A stretch of DNA of 64,000 bases. It comes from Ophelia neglecta. Its lineage: Eukaryota. Below, in pieces: positions 53,001-63,056 of this stretch (positions are counted from its first letter, which is position 1; every line of letters begins with the position of its first letter). A model generated the notes under the pieces. The model saw only the letters and a list, made by a program, of their open reading frames with translations. It did not search any database and had not been told where the DNA came from. The position numbers and the translations under genes are program-made. The DNA lies in the NCBI GenBank assembly GCA_965285935.1, contig OZ260667.1:10850001-10914000 (forward strand). Direction: 5' to 3'.

Positions 53001-56000
53001 GGGGTCAGGATCCCATCACCAAGGACCAGATTCCGGCGGCAATGTTTATGAACACTTCCTTAACTTCCACCACAATGTTGGTATGTCAGTTCACAATGTC
53101 CAAAAGTTCTAATATACAGTTAAACCTGGGAATCTAGACCACCAAATGGGACTGGAAAATACTAGTCTGATTTTGAAGGTGATCTGTTTAGAAAGATTAT
53201 TTAACATTGATAGTTTACAAAATGGGTCTTCACATAAGTTGTCTGTATTGACAGTAGATTTGACTATGGAGGTGTTCTTTAAGCCAGGTTCTACCGTGTC
53301 ACTCCTTCATTTTGATAATCTAATCAGTCCCTAACATAAATAGCCATTTTCGGATGCCATAACTATCACCACGCAGCCTTGCAGAAATCAAAACTATATA
53401 GAGAAAGCGTATGATTTTGGAAAGGGGGGTGGGGGTGCTCTCTCTTGTTGGCAGTTGGATGTACATGTATATCTCCTCCCAGAGGTGGATTTAACCGATG
53501 TTAGGGTAACACAGATCCCTTATTCTCAATGCTAAACGCTGTCGGCAGTACTCTTATTGAAAGATAATACTAAATTGTTTCCTCCTCCAAATAGATGGCC
53601 GTCAAGTCATCAACGGTATACAGTTTGTGTTGCCGGACAAGCCTCCTCAGGTTAGTACATTTTTTTACTTGGGTGATAGGTAAGTTGTCCTCTGGTTAGT
53701 ACACTCTTTTACAGGGGTAGTAGGTCAGTTGTCCTCAAGTTAGTATAATCTTTTACAGGGGTGGTTGGTAAGTAGTCATCGGGTTAATGATAGCTTTTAC
53801 AGTGGTGGTAGATTAGTTGTCCTCAAGTTAGTGATATCTTTTACAGGCTTGGTAGGTTAGTTGTCCTCGGGTTAGTGATAGCTTTAACATGGGTGGTAGG
53901 AAAAAATTGGTGATAGGCCAAAATCTTTAAAATCATTGAGTTTTATATAAATAAACAAGCTCGAAAGCAGCCTTAATTTCATAATTGTAACTTGCTGTGA
54001 TAAACATAGTGACTTTTGTTATTTCAAGGGTTTACATTCCTGTATAGTTGTCTGTAGTTAGCTGCCCAATCCTGCGTGTACGATTCCGAAGCAAGCTTAC
54101 TGGTGGTTTTTCAAAACACCGCTTTGCTTCTCAGTGTAATTATTTCTTTGCCAAATTTCTTTCTAAATAAAATTCCAAGAGTATCTATTTACCAATAGAC
54201 AATAAAGTCTTAGGAGGTAAAGGGTATGACTCGTAACATGTGCTTTTAACAGTTTTAACCCTACTGTTTATTTGCCCTCGTACAGTTATCAGGAGAGAAT
54301 CACGTGGTTTCGCCGTTTAAGTGCGCCTCTAACGTGTGTCTAGAAAACAACTGTAAATGTACCCACCAAATAGACCTCCCGCTTAACAAAATGATTCAAT
54401 TGGTTCTCGTCAATACCGGTAAGTCACGTGGTTAATTAACTGAATTGTTATAGGATGAGCGATGTCACGTGCTCTACACTGATGTGAGAAATAATAAAGA
54501 AATGTCATTATCTGTTAATTCTCGACAAGAAGTCATTCAAATGCTGCTTTAAGTGGGTATGATACCTAATTTTATGATTTAAATTGATACTCCTTATAAT
54601 CATATGATAATTATACATAGATGCAGGAAAAATGTTACATCCGATACATGTGCATGGACACCATTTCTACGTCACAAAGATCGGCTACCCGTCTGTAGAC
54701 CCCACGACAAGGTTAGTCATAGTTATGGTCAAAATGTGAAGCGCAATGATATGGAACAGACAACTGTAAAATATTTGAAACATCATGTTTTGGCTACTGT
54801 ATTTGGACGCCCTTTTAGCTTTGGGGGCAGTGTTATCTTGGTACTATCCGAAATGACACAATGGATAGCAAATTTTAGAAGAAATACTTCTAAATGGTGT
54901 TTCTTCTTCCGGAGAAATAACACATGATTCCTTTTGACAAACTTGGTCCTACGAGTCGGAGAAACATCCAACTCCTGCGTGTGTGTAATTTATATGTTAG
55001 TATTTGGCACATTATCAATGGTCGTAATCACATAGGGTGTGTCATGTTGAAACACAAATTAATACATGCCCTCGAGCTTCTATCAAATTGCCAACTCAGG
55101 CTGGGAAAATCACATTTTCATCAATATTCAAAACAAGTAAGGTCGGGCTATGCAATCTAACGATATAAGCAGACGCCTTTATCGCTTCGAGACCGCCTGA
55201 ATAAGATTGGTGTGTTTCGGGTACCTTTTAAAGATGCAGCGACATATTTGATTTGGGCCTAAGGTTAAATTCCTTTGTCTGTGACCACCTTGTACACAGA
55301 CTGGACTTGTTTCACTTGTTTCAAAGTTGTGTGAACTATACCAGTTTTTTACTACAATGTCATTTACCCGCCCTTTTCAACAGAGAGGTTCTGAATGATA
55401 ACGTGACGTGTAACGGGCCTCGTTGTGAGTGGACCAATCCGGAGTGGTCTGACGGACGCATCCCTGAAATGAACCTGGTGAACTCTCCACTCAAGGACAC
55501 CGTACTAGTGCCAGCCAATGGCTATGTCGTCATCAGGTTCATGGCGGACAATCCAGGTTCGTGGAAATTACGGATATGGCAAACTTACGATTAAACACTT
55601 GGGAATTATACACTTCATCACACATCAACCACTGGGTAGAAATAAGCCCATCACACCAATGAACATAAATATAATGTCGTATCCAAGGATTCATTGATGA
55701 CCTTAAAAGTGTCCTTGTACAGTACCTATACACGCTACAATTTGTTCAGTGGCTTGCGGTGCAGTGCCACATTGCCAAGACAATAATTTGTTTTTCGCTA
55801 ATAGGAAATCGTATATGAGGAACTTAATGGTTACCTTTAACTTGACCCAAATGTTCATGGTCACGTGAGGTCTGTCGTGGCTCAATTAACGGTGGTTAAT
55901 ATAGGTGAAACGACTGACCAGCTCATTCAAGTCATGTGAATGCTAACCTTGACTTGGTCTTTGACTTAATCTTCTATGTTGTACTGGCCAAATTGAGTTG

Positions 56001-57292
56001 TCAGTTATAATTGCATAGGCGTTAAACTGTCTCAAAGAGAATGGTCGACATTTAAATGTATCCCCTAACACATGTTTTTATCATGTGGAAGACATTTATT
56101 TTTTACTGAATTCAGCTTGACAGGGCTTTTTTTTAACAATAAGGGCTGAGCTTTCATGTTTGCCACATTATATTTTTGATGTCAGCTGTTTATTTCAATT
56201 CAGCCAAGTAATGATTCAAATATTGCGGGTATGGTATGGCCTGGGCGTTTTATAACATTTTTATTTTTCATTTAGGTTGGTGGGCACTGCACTGCCACCT
56301 GGAGCTGCATCAGGCCGAGGGGATGATGTTAGTAATGAGAGAAGGACTTCCCCAGGACCAGAACCCTCCTCCCCGTGACTTCCCGACCTGCGGCTCCTTC
56401 GACTGGAGTGAACTACAGTTCTGGGAGAAGATACAACATTCTAGGAGTGAGTGCCTATATGATGTTACAATTATTCCCGCACATGCCTTACAATCTCAGG
56501 TACAATCCCAGCCATACTAACTGCAAGCCTGTCACAGGACGTCACTGCAGCGGCCGTTGGCGCCACCGTCTGGCACTGACTGTAATCCGCCATGGAGACG
56601 ATTGCCCCCCCCCCCCCCCAACATCACCTGCCCAGACCCAGGCCAGCACTTCTACTGTCTGCTTTACTCCTACAGAGTAGCGTCAGAGGGCAGACAGTTG
56701 GTCCACCTCCTGCCTCACCCCCCTCTCCGCAATTACCCCCCCCCCCCCTCCGCGAGTCGACCGCGACATCCGAGGAGCGTCCGAAGCATTCGGCAGGGAC
56801 CCCAATGAGTTGCGGTTATGAAAAAACACATTTAATAAAAGTACAAGCTTAATAAAGCTTGATTGAATATATTCTTTATATTTCCATAAGAACCATGACC
56901 CAGGTCAAAATGAGCTTAGAATGGTGACCGAGATACATTACGTTTATTTGTCCTCTCAATTGGTCATCACACATACATAATTTGGATTCGATTGATGATA
57001 AGGGCTGTCCTTGTCTGTTGTTTGTATTCTCAAAAGTAGATTCACCTAATTTATGATATATTTTTGTTACCTGTAATGCCCAGGTCGACAGAGAGCGCCA
57101 GTTATCGGACTTAACGTGTTGGGAGGTGTCACCACTGCGACGCCGGATATCAGCGCCCTCTGGGAGGACTATAAAGTACTGATCATCGTGGTCTCCGCCG
57201 TCACGCTCGTGTTGTTGGTTATCGTCGTCATACTTGGTGTTTATTGTTGTAAACTTACAAAGGCGCGTTCGGGCTATAAGCCTCTACGGTAA
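47040..57292 (+). CDS. Multicopper oxidase (laccase-like) gene C, 15 exons, type I membrane protein, 754 aa
   Basis: join(47040..47301,47618..47718,48934..49079,49471..49722,50076..50209,50876..51000,51306..51473,52760..52869,52947..53080,53595..53650,54286..54418,54621..54711,55384..55556,56276..56446,57084..57292) = 2265 nt, GT-AG. Motifs [34 protein letters not shown]. The last exon (absent from the ORF track) gives ...[45 protein letters not shown] gap in intron 3. Confidence 0.92.
47274..47478 (+). repeat. 54-bp x4 repeat derived from the gene C exon 1 donor junction
   Basis: aacgagacctcccctctcagtgRcgaag|gtgagtt; donor positions 47302, 47356 (mutated), 47410 and 47464. Confidence 0.92.
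49850..50100 (+). repeat. 84-bp x3 repeat derived from the gene C exon 5 acceptor junction
   Basis: ccttgtttgtgttgttttcag|gtattggtctRgctatg; exon starts at 49908, 49992 and 50076. Further partial copy at ~50335-50395. Confidence 0.92.
51796..51968. repeat. 21-bp tandem repeat with palindromic core CTCGCCGCGGCGAG
   Basis: About 8 units, ATACTAACTCGCCGCGGCGAG. Confidence 0.88.
53117..53296. mobile_element. Tc1/mariner MITE family 1 copy, inverted (gene C intron 9)
   Basis: TA|CAGTTAAACCTG...gactggaaaatactagtctga...CAGGTTCTACCG; same orientation as 32636. Confidence 0.7.
53644..53900 (+). repeat. 44-bp x6 repeat starting at the gene C exon 10 donor
   Basis: tcctcag|gttagtac...ttttacaggggtggtaggttagttg repeated. 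Confidence 0.85.
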
Positions 57293-58807
57293 ACTGTGAC
57301 CCACGCTTGGTCTGAACACGTAATAATTACGGATGATTATTAAATGTGTTCTGTGGATGAACATTTAATTTGGGATCTATTCCATGTACAAGTATATTCT
57401 TGAATAAACTCAAGGTTGCTTATTTCTGCACGTTTTTGATTTATTTTATGTTTCTATATATTATTCTTTATATATTACATTTTATTATTTCGTTTCTTTT
57501 AATTTAAATTGACTTCTTAGTATCAAACACTACTAACGCCCGGCTAAGAGTATCTCCTCATGTTCTTATTGGACACTACTAACCTTTCCGCTAAATTTGC
57601 GTCTTGTGTTCTTTTTCGATAGTGCAATGTTGATCGAATGATCGATTGATCAATATATAGAGTTTTATTATCCCGCTATACTACGCAAAACGTAAAAATA
57701 AAATAAAATACAGGGAACAGCCCCGATGTGTTGTGCCAAAAACTAGCATACTTGACAAACTAACACTTGGACTAAAAAAGACTTGACTAATATTTACTTT
57801 AAATACCGAAATTACCAAGCAGTATCCAAGTTCTAAAAGGTTAAGAATAGGGACAAAAGACAATAATGTACACTTACAATGTAGCATAAGCTGTGTAAAG
57901 AAACCCCCTCTAAAATCAGACCAGTGTTGTCCAGTCTCTTGAGTGGTTTTAAGTTAAAGGTTTCTTAGTACTGTTACTTCCGTGCATTCCTTTCGGACTA
58001 ATGTGATGTTAAGATTTACTCGTGTATTGTTTATAAACTAAAAATTCAGCACATTTATTATGTACGTCTGGTCCTTGAAGTGACCCTGAAGTTTGACTTA
58101 AGCGTATTTTGCATATTTCTGTTTATTTATTTTTTAGTTTATTTTTTTTATTATTCTTTTAAATTTACAATGACTTCTGAAATCTCTTGTACTGTTAGGA
58201 CACTCACATGTCTTGCGTTAAATTGTTATAATGCCCGAGTGAAGATGATCATTTTGGGAAGCATTAAGTCTGCAAAATAGAACCGGCTTTATGGACAATT
58301 TAGAAGTACTATACATGATTTTAAAGTCTTGAGTGGTGTTCTGTGGAGTTAGCGTTACTACTATGGACAGCTCTTTCACCGGAGTAAGCGTTACTACTAT
58401 GGGCAGCTCTTCCACCGGAGTTGCTGTTACCACGTTTCTGGTGTTGTTGTTCCTGTCTGCCATGGCGGCTTTTTTCTCGAAACCTGCGCTTGAATTATCG
58501 AAAAATGTATTGTTCCGTGTGCGGTAGAGAGAGGAAGGGCCGTCCTTAGGCTTTCGAGAAGCGGTGTCACCTTGAGCCACTCGGTGAATCGGATTTTGGA
58601 TTTCAGCCGCCTGGGCAGCAGAGGCAGGTATCCAAACATGGATTGGCGGACATTTATGGAGACGCTGAGAGACATTCAGTTCAGAATCGGGTCACTGGAA
58701 CGGAAGTCCCCAGAGCTGTCGTGCGTGCGATGGCGAAGATCCGCCGGAGAGAGAGGTAAGAGACTTGAACAGCTCTTAAAGGGCGATGATATAGACGGTG
58801 AAGCCCT

Positions 58808-58890
58808 GAACTACTGTATTTATGGTGTGAAACTACTGTATTTATGGTGTGAAACTACTGTATTTATGAAGTGAAACTACTGTATTTATG
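58808..58890. repeat. 22-bp x4 repeat GAAACTACTGTATTTATGGTGT
   Basis: Period 22; lies immediately upstream of the orphan terminal-exon acceptor. Confidence 0.9.
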
Positions 58891-58907
58891 ATGCTCTTCT
58901 TTTTTAG

Positions 58908-59126
58908 CTAATGAACCAATTTCACAAGCCGCAGATCAAAGCAGCACGCCATTTAGCGGGAGTAGTACGGCGGGAGGTAGTTCCTCTCCTGGGCACGATG
59001 TCGGTTACATCTGGGAGTTACTGGTCAATGTTTGATCCATCAACGCCTTCTTGCTGCTAATCATCATCATACTACTTATCTTTACTGTCGTAAGCTCGCA
59101 AGAGGGCGCAGGGCTACGAACGTATA
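58908..59126 (+). pseudogene. Degenerate copy of the MCO terminal (TM) exon, gene-A-like
   Basis: Polypyrimidine-AG acceptor at 58907. agcgggagtagtacggcgggaggt...cctgggcacgatgtc...atctgggag aligns with gene A exon 15. In-frame TGA at 59033-59035 before the TM segment, frameshift after it, and ggctacgaacgtata (GYERI) still recognisable at 59112-59126. Confidence 0.8.
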
Positions 59127-60989
59127 TTATATTGTAAATTATCAGTCGTCAAGCCTAAATGTTGCAGGGAACTAAATGAATCTGTCTCTCAGATGTTATA
59201 GGAAAGCTGTTCGACGTCATTTTTCACATAGTTACAACAATAATCTGCATATAGCGACTAGTTCTGCCTAGAGACCTATGTATTAGGGTATTAACCCGTA
59301 AAATTTCACTCCTTTTATCCAAGAAATATTAAAAAGAAACATGTAAAAAGCCGGTTAAACTATCCCATCAATCAAACGCCTTGGTGTACATACGGAAACA
59401 ATCCTGTGGCCCGCAAGAAATATGCTGTCAGAATGAAACCATGTTTAAGAAGTATTCGGGAAGTTGCATATTGCAAACTGATAAAAAGTTATGACTGTTT
59501 TTCTCACGTGGAAAACATCGTTGCTATAAATCTGTTATTTGTCGATAGATTCCGACTACAGGTGTCACGGGAGGGTTACTTGGAGCATTCGGAGAAATTA
59601 TTAACGGTGTATTTTGTTTCCAAGTAGTTGGACAAACTTTAAGTTTTTGTGGCTAAGGATTCTGGGGTTCTCTTGACATGTAAAGATGAATGATCAGTAT
59701 AAACACTGGCAGAACTACAAGTCTGGTCGATAATACAGCAAACTCTAACGTAGATGGACGGAAATGTCGTACAGTGTAAAAATAAAATATTGATTTATAA
59801 TTTAGTCATGCGAAGGTTTGATAAGCCTATTGGTAAAATATATTTACTAGAAATGTTCAGAAAAGAATACTTAACGTTTTATACTTACCTTTTTTTAAGA
59901 ATATTTTCCGAAATAATAATGCAAAGTTCCCAGCCTTAATCATGTCAGTTTTTTTTTTCTTTTAGATGTGAAATGATGTTCCCTGGCAATACCACAATCG
60001 ACACTACGACTTAAACCCGGACCCTCGTTTATACACGTATGTATACAACACATTTGTGTTAATGATGATTAAATATGAAAATGAGTTATAACTAATGACT
60101 TTTCCCCAGACAGAGGCTCTGGCAATGTGTAGGCGCGCACTCACCCATGACACTATACCCCTGATAGGGTCTGGTCATGATTGTTAAGTAGAAGAAAAAG
60201 AGATTATGTTTATAACGGATGTAAACGTGAGGTATATAGTTGGCTTATTCCGCGCATGGGTTTAATCCGCGCAGTAAGAAGCATTATTCAGAGCACTTTC
60301 TGCGCGGAGTTAAAACTGCCCCCCTTGCCTCTGTGCGCGGAATAAAGATACTACTGGCCAGCATTATACTACTTTAAATGATGCGCATAATTGAAGGATG
60401 CCCGAGTTTTTCCTATGACTATGTGAAATGATAATCACTGCATGACTTCGAGCTCTAGCTGGGGCGGAGAGGGAATGGGGGGGAGGCTCCATGCGGGGGG
60501 TGTGGCGTAACCCCCCCTCACAGGGAGGGGTTAAGGAGCCTATCACCCAGGATACCTCAATCCCACGCCCTTTAAACTTCTTAACTGTGGGGCCGCGGTC
60601 CCGTTTCTCTAGATCCACTAATACCAGGCGTTCTATTTATAGCTGAGTGGAAAGCTCGGAGCCGAGCGGCTGAGTGCTGACAGATGGCTGTCACTACTGA
60701 GTGTTGGGTTAAGTCGCGGTGGGGGGGGGGGGGGGCTAGAACAAGGGGGTGTTCCTGTGTGGCCACCGGTTGGAGAGGACACTGGCCCCTCTTACACCCT
60801 CCTTGTGAGCTGACCGCCAGTTCAAATTTCCCCTTCTCACTCCCCGTGTAATATGGCACGCAGGCTAAACCTTGAACACCGAGGATTGATACTGAAATAA
60901 CATTTGTATCAAAATACATTTGAAAAGGCTAAAGTAATTTCTGTGGACACAAGGTATCTATGTCAGGGGCTGTAACTGAGGGTGTAGGA

Positions 60990-61775
60990 CAGCCCGTCCC
61001 AGGGTACTGTAGTGCTATCTACCCAGCCCGTCCCAGGGTACTCTAGTGCTCTCTACCTAGCCCGTCCTAGGGTACTGTAGTGCTATCTACCCAGCCCGTC
61101 CCAGGGTACTGTAGTGCTATCTACCCAGCCCGTCCCAGGGTATTGTAGTGCTATCTACCAGCCCGTCCCAGGGTACTGTAGTGCTATCTACCATGCCCGT
61201 CCCAGGGTACTGTAGTGCTCTCTACCTAGCCCGTCCCGGGGTACTGTAGTGCTATCTACCAGCCCGTCCCAGGGTACTGTAGTGCTATCTACCATGCCCG
61301 TCCCAGGGTACTGTAGTGCTCTCTACCTAGCCCGTCCCGGGGTACTGTAGTGCTATCTACCAGCCCGTCCCAGGGTACTGTAGTGCTATCTACCATGCCC
61401 GTCCCAGGATACTGTAGTGCTATCTACCCAGCCCGTCCCAGGGTACTGTAGTGCTATCTACCCAGCCCGTCCCAGGGTACTGTAGTGCTATCTACCCAGC
61501 CCGTCCCAGGGTACTGTAGTGCTATCTACCCAGCCCGTCCTAGGGTACTGTAGTGCTATCTACCCAGCCCGTCCCAGGGTATTGTAGTGCTATCTACCCA
61601 GCCCGTCTCAGGGTACTGTAGTGCTATCTCCCCAGCCCGTCCTAGGGTACTGTAGTGCTATCTACCCAGCCCGTCTCAGGGTACTGTAGTGCTTTCTACC
61701 CGGCTCGTCCCAGGGTACTGTAGTGCTGTTTACCCAGGCTGAACCAGGGTACTGTTTAGTGTTCTACACCCAGTC
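60990..61775. repeat. 34-bp minisatellite CCCAGCCCGTCCCAGGGTACTGTAGTGCTATCTA
   Basis: About 23 highly similar units, ending ~130 bp before the ATG at 61901. Confidence 0.96.
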
Positions 61776-61900
61776 CCTACTGGTAGTGTATTTTCCGGCA
61801 CTTCCCTCTCGTCTGCTGCGCCTGCGGATCGGAATCTAGCCTCAGTTGAGTCGGAGTCAGAGTAAGTTTAAGCGGCGGAGCAGGGCAGGCTTATTACAAC

Positions 61901-62162
61901 ATGGAGGCAGTGGCCGAGCCCAGACCGGCTTGTCCGACAAATACCCTGGAATATAACGGCGGCCCTTACCCCGAGGGGCCCGGGGACTTTCAAGACAGAG
62001 ATCCCCGGGCCAATGACGAGGCCTCCGGGGCCAGCCCCACCATCAACGGGGAGAACCACCCGGATGAGGGGGAAGCCGACGGGGAGGGGAGCCCGGACAG
62101 GAACCCCGAGATGTACGAGCCAGTCAGACGGCGGCCACGACTCAGCCTGCCCATGTTCGAAG
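61901..62162 (+). CDS. Probable first coding exon of an unrelated downstream gene (acidic/Pro-Gly-rich disordered N-terminus, product unknown)
   Basis: GC-rich ORF with a good start context (acaacATGG), MEAVAEPRPACPTNTLEYNGG...RRRPRLSLPMFE, ending at a consensus donor AG|GTACGT (62163). Family not recognised. Confidence 0.6.
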
Positions 62163-62981
62163 GTACGTTACCCTTCAAATAATCACTAATCATGACTAAT
62201 GCCATAGAACCATTGTATCAAAAGGTTTCATAAGATTATTTTTTTGTGTACGTGTGTATCTCATAAAACGATGTTGATGCAAACCCATGCACCATTAACT
62301 GTTTCATTTTTTTCTGATGTAATATTTTATTCATTGGCTAAGAGTTTATTCACTTAATATTGCGGGTATCGCCCTGAATAGCACAGGCGGCCTTGTCGTG
62401 TACAAGGCAGTCCAAGGCACTCCAAGGCTGACATTTCATATCAAGCGTCTGTTTATATTTAACATTTTACACGGCTGGTAATTCTATGTCTGTTGGTGAA
62501 CCGCCACCGAGCTCGGGCCTACATGCATACCAGTGTATTCCTACGCCTGACCCCTGCACTTTTCACTCAGCCGCCCACTTCCTAGAAGCCTGAGCCAAAC
62601 CGGTGCGATATCAGCCGGTTGTCATGGTAACCAGCACATCTGTTGTCATGGAATGTTTACAGCTCCCAAACCAAGGGACGCGTCACAACAGCCTAACTAC
62701 CTCGCTGAGCATCTGGAGAGGTAGTCCCAAATAGAGCTCTCTCTGCCTGAACAAACAAACTGTTTTTTCTCTAAAACATCAGCTGGGGAGTTTGGGAAAA
62801 CGCTTGAGTGTTTTATCTTCACGTTTGATGAATATTGCACTCCAGAAGAGTGGCTTTAAAATACTGGCGGAGCTAAGGCTATGGAGGGGAGGGGGCACCA
62901 AGGATCGGGTGGGGGTAGGCGGGGTGACCACGGGGTGGTGGAAGCACGGGGTTAGGACCAATAAGTTCCAATAGCTTAAAT

Positions 62982-63056
62982 ATAGGCACCGTGGCGATAA
63001 GTGCCAGATAAGTGTTGAAAGCCATGTAAAACCCCAATCAACCAACAGACCAACCA
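62982..63056 (+). mobile_element. 3' fragment of the same SINE
   Basis: gataagtgttgaaagccatgtaaaacccca + CAAC tail matches 6116-6162. Confidence 0.75.

Noticed and set aside
7588-57292. Calling the genes hephaestin or ceruloplasmin
   Set aside because: Three-domain laccase-type size and motif order rather than six-domain; no orthology evidence for a gene symbol.
61901-62162. Fourth MCO gene start (the exon is also 262 nt, phase 1)
   Set aside because: No signal peptide and no similarity to MCO exon 1; the equal length is coincidental.
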